Of a stretch of DNA of 64,000 bases, positions 54,755 through 64,000 are shown one piece after another; position 1 is the stretch's first letter; the number at the start of each line of letters is the position of its first letter. Under the pieces are notes generated by a model. It worked only from the letters and a program-made list of their open reading frames with translations. It searched no databases and had not been told where the DNA came from. The stretch is from an uncultured Candidatus Saccharibacteria bacterium. GTDB taxonomy: Bacteria > Patescibacteriota > UBA1384 > CAILIB01 > JAUSJZ01. The position numbers and the translations under genes were made by a program. The stretch is taken from positions 65,712-129,711 of the forward strand of contig CAYQWZ010000003.1 in the NCBI GenBank assembly GCA_964421635.1, written 5' to 3'.

Positions 54755-56197
54755 ATGGCAAATGGCTCTTGGAGTAATAATCTGGCTCAATCTGGAGCAC
54801 CAGAAGTGGCATCAGACTTTAAAGGAGTAAAAATCCCTCCCCAAAATACTGACGCAGAAGTTTCTGTTTTGGGCTCTCTTTTAATAGATCAAAACGCCAT
54901 CGTCAAAGTAGCTGACATTTTAACGGCGGAAGATTTTTACGATCGCCGCCACCAAATTATTTATGAAGCCCTACTGGTTTTATTTGGCAAACGCCAACCC
55001 CTCGACATCCTTACCCTAAAATCACGCTTGGAAGACACAGCCAAACTGGAGGATTCAGGCGGCGCTAGCTACATTGCAACTTTGGTCAATTCGGTGGCCA
55101 CTGCTACGCACATTGTCGATCACGCCAACATTGTGCGCGAAAAATCGGTGTTGCGACGGCTAATTTCGGCGGCTAATGAAATCCATCAGTTAGGATTCAA
55201 AGAAGGAGATGATGTTGATGTAATACTTGACCAGGCTGAACAAAAACTTTTTGCTGTTTCGCAACAATTTTTGAAGCAGAATTTCGTCGGCGTGCGTTCC
55301 GTTTTGACGCAAACTTTTGAACGCATTAACGAACTGACAGAACACAAGGGTACTCTGCGGGGTATTCCAACCGGTTTTAGAGGGCTGAATAATCTGCTTG
55401 CCGGATGGCAAAGATCCGACTTAATAATCTTGGCGGCCAGACCGAGCATCGGAAAAACTTCGCTAGCGCTTAACTTTGTGCAAAGCGCCGCCATAGAATC
55501 TAAAAAATCCGTCGGGGTGTTCTCTTTGGAGATGAGCGCCGACCAACTAACTGATAGATTGTTATGTGCTTTGGGCGGCATAGATTCATGGCGCTTGCGA
55601 ACCGGGAACTTGCGTGACAACGATTTTAATAATCTACATGAAGCTATGGGCAAACTAGCTGAAGCCAACATCTATATCGACGATTCACCGTTTATCAATG
55701 TTATGGAGATGAGAGCCCGAGCCAGAAGACTACAAATGGAGCACGAATTAGATTTATTAGTGATAGATTATTTGCAGCTAATGGGCGGCTCAGATAAATT
55801 TCAAGGGTCTGACAACCGAGTACAAGAGGTCAGCTATATTTCAAGATCACTAAAAGCCCTAGCTCGCGAATTAAATATTCCAATAATTGCGTTATCACAG
55901 TTATCTCGCGCAGTAGAAAGTCGTTCACCCAAAATCCCAATCCTAGCCGATTTGCGTGAATCAGGTTCTATTGAGCAGGATGCAGATGTGGTGATGTTTA
56001 TTTACAGGGAAGATGTTTATGATAAAGATACAGACCGAAAGAATATTGCCGAAATTCATATCGCCAAGCATAGAAACGGTCCAACAGGTAGAATTGATCT
56101 GTTCTTCAAAAATGATCAAACTAGGTTCCTAGATATAGACACCACGAGGCTCGAGGGAAGTGAGCAGGAAGCTCCACCATCTGAAACATCACAATAA
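54755..56197 (+). CDS. dnaB: Replicative DNA helicase
   Basis: PPQNTDAE, AARPSIGKT, FSLEM, IDYLQL, LSQLSR, DLRESGSIEQDAD, KHRNGPTG; no intein. Confidence 0.97.
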   Translation: MANGSWSNNLAQSGAPEVASDFKGVKIPPQNTDAEVSVLGSLLIDQNAIVKVADILTAEDFYDRRHQIIYEALLVLFGKRQPLDILTLKSRLEDTAKLEDSGGASYIATLVNSVATATHIVDHANIVREKSVLRRLISAANEIHQLGFKEGDDVDVILDQAEQKLFAVSQQFLKQNFVGVRSVLTQTFERINELTEHKGTLRGIPTGFRGLNNLLAGWQRSDLIILAARPSIGKTSLALNFVQSAAIESKKSVGVFSLEMSADQLTDRLLCALGGIDSWRLRTGNLRDNDFNNLHEAMGKLAEANIYIDDSPFINVMEMRARARRLQMEHELDLLVIDYLQLMGGSDKFQGSDNRVQEVSYISRSLKALARELNIPIIALSQLSRAVESRSPKIPILADLRESGSIEQDADVVMFIYREDVYDKDTDRKNIAEIHIAKHRNGPTGRIDLFFKNDQTRFLDIDTTRLEGSEQEAPPSETSQ

Positions 56198-56296
56198 AGC
56201 ATACAACAGCATACGAAGTATGACGAGTGCATAAATTAAATAAAATGGCTTCGTGCTTTGGTAGCCAATTGTCAAATAGGGCACAAGCTTTGCATC

Positions 56297-56325
56297 TTGA
56301 CTATTAAGACCCCTCGAGGTACAAT
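56297..56325 (+). promoter_or_regulatory. Sigma-70 promoter
   Basis: TTGACT-N17-TACAAT. Confidence 0.75.
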
Positions 56326-56331
56326 CGGCTT

Positions 56332-56613
56332 AACTTGAAAAAGTTGGTAACGCCAGTACAAATAGAGTCAACACGAGGTCCCTAGCGAAAGCTAATTACT
56401 AAATGTTGTCTCTATCTGCGCTCGACATTCGGATGAATCCTATCAATAGATTTATCGGAAGAAAGAGCAAGAATGTGCGTTTATGCTAGTCTCTTGAGCC
56501 AATAGGTTTAAGGGGTTAGATAAGTAAGCGTCCGTTACCTAGAGGCAATCGACTACGCGGGGTTTGTTTAAATCTAGACCCTACAGCGTTATAAAGTCGG
56601 CGGCCTCTTTTTT
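56332..56613 (+). ncRNA. Candidate ~280-nt multi-stem ncRNA
   Basis: Promoter, nested stems closed by GGTAACG/CGTTACC, 3' long hairpin plus T run; no long ORF. Confidence 0.65.
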
Positions 56614-56698
56614 AATTGACGCAATTTAGCTAAAGTGATACCCTCAAACTGCTGATGTGCGTTACTCACTGCTGGCTGAAAAGACGAAGGAGACGAGG

Positions 56699-57226
56699 AT
56701 GCCAGATTGTGTAATCGTGGAATTCGATAAGGTATTTCTTGGCTTTAAAGCAGAGCCGTGGGATATTGCTGAAGGATTAGCTAAGGTTTGGCACAGTCTT
56801 CCTAAGAATGTAGTTTTCACTACCACCACCAGAGGAGGAATGGTTTTTGACCTCATTGCCTACGAAGCCGATGGCTTGTGGATGTACCACGCAGTACGGA
56901 CCGGTTCAAGAGGTGGATTAAGAGAGGGAGTAATTGTGATAGATCCTGAACAGGAGATTTTGGCTGACCAAGTGTTGATGGCTGGTTTAGCTTTAGCTCC
57001 TGGAATCTTTGGTGATATTCAAGCTTTAAGAAGAGAACATAGGGGCTGCAGAACCAATCATGAAAGATTACAACTGATTTGCCAGTATTTGTATGATATT
57101 CACCGAAGGTTTATGCGTGAGTCTAATAAGCGCATTCGGAGTGTGGTTTTGACCAATGTTGGTTCAATATCGCAATCTATCATTGTGACTAGGTTGCCAG
57201 GAAGTTATGGCACCGGAAAGCCCTAG
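56699..57226 (+). CDS. Hypothetical protein (islet)
   Basis: ATG after AAGGAG; preceded by TTGACG and followed by a terminator. Confidence 0.55.
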   Translation: MPDCVIVEFDKVFLGFKAEPWDIAEGLAKVWHSLPKNVVFTTTTRGGMVFDLIAYEADGLWMYHAVRTGSRGGLREGVIVIDPEQEILADQVLMAGLALAPGIFGDIQALRREHRGCRTNHERLQLICQYLYDIHRRFMRESNKRIRSVVLTNVGSISQSIIVTRLPGSYGTGKP

Positions 57227-57244
57227 TCACCAATCCTAAATACT

Positions 57245-57271
57245 AGGGGGTCGCAAGGCGGCCTCTTTTTT
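57245..57271 (+). terminator. Intrinsic terminator
   Basis: AGGGGGTCGC-aag-GCGGCCTCT followed by a T run. Confidence 0.75.
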
Positions 57272-57278
57272 ATTTTTC

Positions 57279-57307
57279 TTGACAAAATGTAAAGCAGGCT
57301 TTACATT
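57279..57307 (+). promoter_or_regulatory. groESL promoter with overlapping palindrome
   Basis: TTGACA-N17-TACATT; AATGTAAAGC-ag-GCTTTACATT at 57286-57307. Confidence 0.7.
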
Positions 57308-57355
57308 GAGTGATGAAAAAGCTAATATAGATTTGTAAAAAGTAACTGCTAGATT

Positions 57356-59352
<1,997 letters not shown>

Positions 59353-59354
59353 AG

Positions 59355-60122
59355 CTATTCTCGAAGTTTTATAGATTCAACAATTTTATCTAAAATGGCA
59401 GCGTTTTCTTCGTTAATTTCGTCAGCGAAAACTACGAAAGAGTAGGAATTTTCAGTTCCTGTGTCTTTGGTGGTGAATGCTAGGTATAGGTGACTATCTA
59501 TAGATTTGTCAATTGACGGACCGTAGGTGCGAGTAAAGACTTGGTTATCTTTATTTACTAATTCAGTTCTATTATCTGGACTCCAAGATTCAAAACCAGC
59601 TGATAGTAATGGCTGGTAAATTATACCTGAAATTCCGTCTGGTCCTGTTACTATAACCTGAGATTGTTCGTACGATGATTTATCAACAATTTTGTCAAAT
59701 TTTGCTTCCCATTCATCAGAATTAGGATACTCAAAAGTATAAGAAATCGTATCTTTTTCTTCGAAAGTTACATAATCACTATCTGCTTCTTCACTTTCTT
59801 CTGCTGGAGCTGGCTCAGTCTGTTCCTCTGCAACTTCTTCGAGCTCAGCTGGTTCGGGCACATTTGATTCATTATTAGCCAGCATTCTCCAAGCTAAAAC
59901 TGTAATTATTAAAGCCACTACTAAAAACAAAGCTCCCCACATTACCCAAGCCCAACTATCACGAGCCGGTTTATCGACAGGCACAGTGTTGGTATTAGAA
60001 AGTGGGGTAGAATTATCTACTGGAGGTTCAACTGTTTTTGGCTCAGCTGGACTAGATGCAGGCATCGCTTCAGGCGCCGTTGGTTGAGGAATTTTTTCTG
60101 GGCTTGGTGGTTCGTTTTCCAT
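59355..60122 (-). CDS. Single-TM protein with Pro-rich N-terminus and PsbP-like extracellular domain
   Basis: TM helix; YTFEYP...W and LDKIVESIK pattern. Confidence 0.6.
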   Translation of the reverse strand: MENEPPSPEKIPQPTAPEAMPASSPAEPKTVEPPVDNSTPLSNTNTVPVDKPARDSWAWVMWGALFLVVALIITVLAWRMLANNESNVPEPAELEEVAEEQTEPAPAEESEEADSDYVTFEEKDTISYTFEYPNSDEWEAKFDKIVDKSSYEQSQVIVTGPDGISGIIYQPLLSAGFESWSPDNRTELVNKDNQVFTRTYGPSIDKSIDSHLYLAFTTKDTGTENSYSFVVFADEINEENAAILDKIVESIKLRE

Positions 60123-60146
60123 AGGGTCAATTATTTAGTAACTTAA

Positions 60147-60449
60147 TTATTTAATTACTTGACTGGCATCTTGTAAAGATTTCAATGCTCCATTTGACAG
60201 ATCTCCTAAAATTGGAATATAGCCTAAGTAGTGAAACAGCAATAAAACTAGGGCTACACCGAAGGTGGAGCCTAGAGCTATAAATAATCCGTTCATAAAA
60301 CTAAAAATAAAAAATTTCAACGGATGGGCATAAATAGACCACCGTTGTTTAATTTCAATGCGCTCAACTGTACGAGCTAATTTATTTGTTTCGGAGCTTA
60401 ACTTACGCAAAGCTGCTCGCAAATCTTGCCCCTCTTTTGCATTAAACAT
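60147..60449 (-). CDS. Small membrane protein (DUF5665-like)
   Basis: FMNGLFIALGSTFG...IPILGD; start taken at MFNAK. Confidence 0.65.
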   Translation of the reverse strand: MFNAKEGQDLRAALRKLSSETNKLARTVERIEIKQRWSIYAHPLKFFIFSFMNGLFIALGSTFGVALVLLLFHYLGYIPILGDLSNGALKSLQDASQVIK

Positions 60450-60481
60450 TCTATAATTATTATATACCAGATAAAGAGTTC

Positions 60482-61000
60482 TCAATTTACTGGGTTGGTT
60501 GCAGCACCGATATCCGCTTGCCACTTAAATTTCGGATTAATAACATCTTCAATGAAAATTACTTCTGTATCGGTAATCTGTTTGATTTGATTTTTTGCGA
60601 GTAATCTTTCCCCACTTTCTGTCTCAACTACTACTTGCCAAATATCTCCAATAGGCCAGACAATATTTAAATCGGTCACGGTACCAAAAGGCTGTCCGCT
60701 TTCAACAACTGCTGGCAAACCAATTATGTGAGCATCAGCTTTTAAGGCTCTATCTGCTAAAGAGTTAACCGGAATTTCAGTCAAGCTAGAAATATTGTCT
60801 ATAAGTACTGCCTGTTTAGAAATTTCTACAATGTGATCTATTTTTACTAAATGAAAATGATTTGGCAAATTATATTTTTCCACAATCACAGCCATTAGTG
60901 TCCCTTTGGATTTATCAAAGACAACCAAATACACTAATCCGGCGTTCTTTTGCCCTACCAAACAATTTAATGTTTGAATTTCCTTAATCGATAAAGTCAC
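60482..61000 (-). CDS. Tandem PRC-barrel protein
   Basis: IGLPAVVESGQPFGTVTDL pattern with a degenerate first copy. Confidence 0.7.
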   Translation of the reverse strand: MTLSIKEIQTLNCLVGQKNAGLVYLVVFDKSKGTLMAVIVEKYNLPNHFHLVKIDHIVEISKQAVLIDNISSLTEIPVNSLADRALKADAHIIGLPAVVESGQPFGTVTDLNIVWPIGDIWQVVVETESGERLLAKNQIKQITDTEVIFIEDVINPKFKWQADIGAATNPVN

Positions 61001-61001
61001 A

Positions 61002-61568
61002 CTATTTTGTTACTCGCTCTACATAACTTCCGTCAGTTGTATTCACTTTTATAATATCATTCTCTTTTATGAACATAGGTACTGTAACAGAGGTGCCCGT
61101 TTCAATTTGCACCATCTTATTGCCACCCGAAACGGTATTCCCTTTAACATTAGGTGGCGCGTCAACTACTTTGTAATCAACTTTAATTGGTAGTTCAATG
61201 GCTACTGCTTCTTCGCCAATTAACAACACATTAACAATTAATCCTTCTTTGAGAAATTTCTGTTGAGTTGATAGTGACTCGCTGTCGATTTCAAACTGTT
61301 CAAAAGATTCAGAATCCATAAATAAAGATTTGTTCTGATTTTGGTCAGAATACAAGAAGGATGCGCGGGTGCGATTTAAATCGGCCCAGTCGAGATTGTC
61401 TGATGGTTTAATGGTGCGATCAATTACCGCCTTAGTTTTTAAATTCTTTAATTTAGCTTTCAGTAAAGCTCCGCCTCGTCCAATTTTTTGGTGCTGGGCT
61501 TTTATTACTAAAAAAGTTTGATTATCAAGCTCAATGGCTGAGCCGTCTTTAATTTTTGCTAAATCCAT
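61002..61568 (-). CDS. efp: Elongation factor P
   Basis: KLKNL, FMDSESFEQ, PPNVKGNT, ETG, VPMFI, GSYVER. Confidence 0.95.
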   Translation of the reverse strand: MDLAKIKDGSAIELDNQTFLVIKAQHQKIGRGGALLKAKLKNLKTKAVIDRTIKPSDNLDWADLNRTRASFLYSDQNQNKSLFMDSESFEQFEIDSESLSTQQKFLKEGLIVNVLLIGEEAVAIELPIKVDYKVVDAPPNVKGNTVSGGNKMVQIETGTSVTVPMFIKENDIIKVNTTDGSYVERVTK

Positions 61569-61570
61569 AA

Positions 61571-61774
61571 TTATCTAGTGAATGGCAGTAAGGCCAAATG
61601 TCGAGATTTTTTAATGGCTTGTGCCAAGCGGCGTTGCTGGGCGGCGGTTAAACCAGTGTAGCGGCGAGATTTTATGCGACCAGCGGAAGTCAAAAAACGC
61701 TTTAACAAAGCTACATCTTTATGATCTATTTCGATGTTTTGGTGTGTGCCCAATGGGTTATTCTTTCTTTTCAT
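61571..61774 (-). CDS. rpsR: 30S ribosomal protein S18
   Basis: [33 protein letters not shown]. Confidence 0.96.
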   Translation of the reverse strand: MKRKNNPLGTHQNIEIDHKDVALLKRFLTSAGRIKSRRYTGLTAAQQRRLAQAIKKSRHLALLPFTR

Positions 61775-61782
61775 AATATTAA

Positions 61783-62328
61783 TTAAAACGGAATGTCTTC
61801 TATATCTATTTCGTCGTCATTACTGTCTGCGGCTGGAGTAGCTGGTTCAGCTGAAGTGGCAGGAGTTGAATCAGCTGGAGCAGAGGCGGCAGAAGGAGCA
61901 GGAGTTGGGGAGTCAACAGGAGTAGGATTAGTTGGTACAGTCGGAGCAGAAGCTACAGCTGGGCCGGAATTTGCTTCAAAAGAAGCGCGCATTACTTGGT
62001 CAGGACCCAAAATTGTATCAGCTACAATCTCTGTCTTGTTGCGTCGGTTGCCATCTTTTCCTTCCCAAGTTTGTGTTTGGGTGCGACCAGCAACATAAAC
62101 TCGCTCTCCTTTTTTCAGTGTTTTATTAACTGCTTCTGCTAGCTTGGCCCAAACTACAATTTCATGAAATTCCGGATCAGCTTCAACCCAATTTCCCGTC
62201 TGATCTTGCCAGCGGCGGTTGGTGGCAACGGCGAAAGAGGCGACTGCTTGGCCGTTTGGCGTATATCTAAGCTCAGGGTCGCGAGTTAGATTGCCGATAA
62301 CTTCAATTCTATTTAAGTTAAGTGCCAT
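61783..62328 (-). CDS. ssb: Single-stranded DNA-binding protein
   Basis: [15 protein letters not shown]; C-terminal EDIPF. Confidence 0.97.
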   Translation of the reverse strand: MALNLNRIEVIGNLTRDPELRYTPNGQAVASFAVATNRRWQDQTGNWVEADPEFHEIVVWAKLAEAVNKTLKKGERVYVAGRTQTQTWEGKDGNRRNKTEIVADTILGPDQVMRASFEANSGPAVASAPTVPTNPTPVDSPTPAPSAASAPADSTPATSAEPATPAADSNDDEIDIEDIPF

Positions 62329-62330
62329 AA

Positions 62331-62867
62331 TTATATGCTACTTTTTTTCTTATTATCCTTTAATTTACTTTCATCTTCATTATCAGTAAGGATTCCTTCC
62401 AAAGCAGCATCAACCTGAGATTTTCGCTCAGATTCATCTTCAACTGCTTTTTTAGGTTTAACAGATTTCTTCTGGCTAGTTTTAGTAGCTTCTCTTTTGG
62501 AGCTGCCGCGACGCAGCGACTCTTCAGCTGAGCGCGAACCGTCATCTTTCTTCTTCTCAACCTCTACCAAAGCGACAGAGTTTTCGTATCCGCGCGTCAA
62601 CAGAAAACGAAGCACACCTTTATTTAGGCGTAGTGCTTTTTCAATGCTGGCATTGGTTGAACCGTCAGATTCAAATTCCAAAGTGGTGTAAAAACCAAAC
62701 TTTTCTTTATTAATAGGATAGGCCAACATGCGCTTACCCCATTTATTCTCACTCAAAAGTTTATCTGAGTGTTTTTCGACCAAATCAATAATCTGATCGT
62801 TCGTATTGGTGACATCCTTCTCGCTCATGCTTCCAGGAGCGACAAAGGTTAATTCAAATTTACTCAT
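62331..62867 (-). CDS. rpsF: 30S ribosomal protein S6 with C-terminal extension
   Basis: WGKRMLAYPI, VLRFL; rpsF-ssb-rpsR order. Confidence 0.95.
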   Translation of the reverse strand: MSKFELTFVAPGSMSEKDVTNTNDQIIDLVEKHSDKLLSENKWGKRMLAYPINKEKFGFYTTLEFESDGSTNASIEKALRLNKGVLRFLLTRGYENSVALVEVEKKKDDGSRSAEESLRRGSSKREATKTSQKKSVKPKKAVEDESERKSQVDAALEGILTDNEDESKLKDNKKKSSI

Positions 62868-62983
62868 ACCTTTTTATGGACTCTTGTCTTAAATCTATCA
62901 TAAAAGATTTAAGAAAAAAGGTTAATTTGTTACTTCTATATTGTAATAGTCACTCTACCAGATAGGGCGAGGTTTTGCAAGCA

Positions 62984-63012
62984 TTGACCGCGAAGTTATT
63001 AGCTGCTATAAT
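62984..63012 (+). promoter_or_regulatory. Strong sigma-70 promoter
   Basis: TTGACC-N17-TATAAT with extended TGn. Confidence 0.75.
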
Positions 63013-63023
63013 CGTTTAATTTA

Positions 63024-63185
63024 ATGAAACAGGAAAATATCGACAATCAAGCACCAATCTCTATTTCTCATCTTCAGCGTGAAGCTAAAAAGAGAGCCGA
63101 CTATATTCAACGAATCAAGGCCTATCTGACTAGTGATGGACGCGGAGTGAAAGCACCAAAAAGATTAGAACCAAATATCGCTTAA
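63024..63185 (+). CDS. 53-aa hypothetical protein
   Basis: ATG 11 nt after the -10 box; stop abuts the next ATG. Confidence 0.55.
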   Translation: MKQENIDNQAPISISHLQREAKKRADYIQRIKAYLTSDGRGVKAPKRLEPNIA

Positions 63186-63425
63186 ATGATTCATTTAGAT
63201 ATAATTACAATTTATTCACCAGAGGAGGGAATTCGATGTGAAGGAGGATTACGCATTTTTGAAACTCGTCAGGTTGGCAAAAGATATATGCGCATTAAAG
63301 ATGATCGTTCACCTGGTGAAGAGATGCTGATTCCACTTGAGAGTTTAGATGAAGTTTGGAATGAGATGGATAATGAAGCAGAAATTCCACAATTGGGTGG
63401 TCAAAAATTATTAAATCCTTTTTAA
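63186..63425 (+). CDS. Hypothetical protein
   Basis: TAAATG junctions on both sides. Confidence 0.55.
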   Translation: MIHLDIITIYSPEEGIRCEGGLRIFETRQVGKRYMRIKDDRSPGEEMLIPLESLDEVWNEMDNEAEIPQLGGQKLLNPF

Positions 63426-63674
63426 ATGAACGAAAATATTGAGCCAAAACCAGAATATCTTTTAGCTTCTAATGAGCCGCTGCCAGATGTTGGTCGAGAT
63501 GTAATCAATGTGCGAACAGAATTAGAGGTTCAAGAGCAGCTCGATAGATTAGCTGACAGAAAGCCAGAAGAGGGAGGGGCACGAATTATTATCAAAAAAG
63601 AATATCCTATTGGAAGTCCCGAATGGCAAGCTGAAATTGATCGAGTGCGTGCTATTATTGAGCTAGAAGACTAA
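63426..63674 (+). CDS. Hypothetical acidic protein
   Basis: Abuts the upstream stop; 82 aa. Confidence 0.55.
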   Translation: MNENIEPKPEYLLASNEPLPDVGRDVINVRTELEVQEQLDRLADRKPEEGGARIIIKKEYPIGSPEWQAEIDRVRAIIELED

Positions 63675-63720
63675 TTTAAAATTGATTCTAAATTTAGTCT
63701 TGAATAAGTAAAATTTTGTT

Positions 63721-64000
63721 ATGAGTCCTAATGAAACTTTAGGTGGGGCCGAAGGAGCCCCTGAAATGGAGCTTGATGAGCGATTAAAGCGGGAGTTACA
63801 AAGACGAATAGAAATGTTAGAGCATACTCGAGGTCCAAAGTTAGAAGGAGTGGCAGATATTCTGGTACCGATATCAGTACCACGAGATATACAGTTTGAA
63901 GTTCATCTTTCTGCTGAGCTTATCAAAGATTTAAAAACAGCAATGTCGAATGTGCAAAACAATGATCAGTTGGCAGTTATAGAGAGCGCCATTGAGGTGG
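63721..64000 (+). CDS. Hypothetical protein, truncated by the window end
   Basis: ATG63721, open to the edge (MSPNETLGGAEGAPEMELDERLK...). Confidence 0.55.
   Translation, partial: MSPNETLGGAEGAPEMELDERLKRELQRRIEMLEHTRGPKLEGVADILVPISVPRDIQFEVHLSAELIKDLKTAMSNVQNNDQLAVIESAIEV

Noticed and set aside
56541-56607. Group I intron P7-like CGACTA...AGTCG
   Set aside because: The pairing is part of a simple long hairpin, and there is no interrupted host gene

Overview
A compact, gene-dense chromosomal segment in standard code 11. It is most consistent with a Patescibacteria/CPR bacterium, an inference from gene content, extended ribosomal proteins, an EF-P with an IGRGG loop, and core genes lacking Shine-Dalgarno (SD) sites. 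Housekeeping genes include ndk, dnaE, rpmA, rplS, gltX, cdd, tdk, a Dus, dnaX, nfo, dnaB, groES/groEL, efp, rpsR, ssb and rpsF. The main points of interest are: (1) an AT-rich cassette of three small-molecule enzymes (PaaK-like ligase, ThiF/Rv1355c-like adenylase, atypical Rossmann reductase) flanked by three 7TM histidine kinases and a receiver, next to a Wzm/Wzt/GT2 glycan module, resembling a signal-synthase/receptor 'pherotype' locus; (2) a type IV pilus operon whose PilB ATPase carries an N-terminal HU/IHF-like domain; (3) a tandem duplication of GNAT + unannotated basic peptide + tRNA-Gln(CUG); (4) three structured intergenic RNA candidates, one 6S-like; (5) a pnuC-nadR-nrtR salvage module with three visible NrtR boxes; (6) a non-CIRCE palindrome on the groESL promoter; and (7) likely leaderless core genes contrasting with SD-led single-gene islets. 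All calls come from reading motifs by eye; no searches were run.
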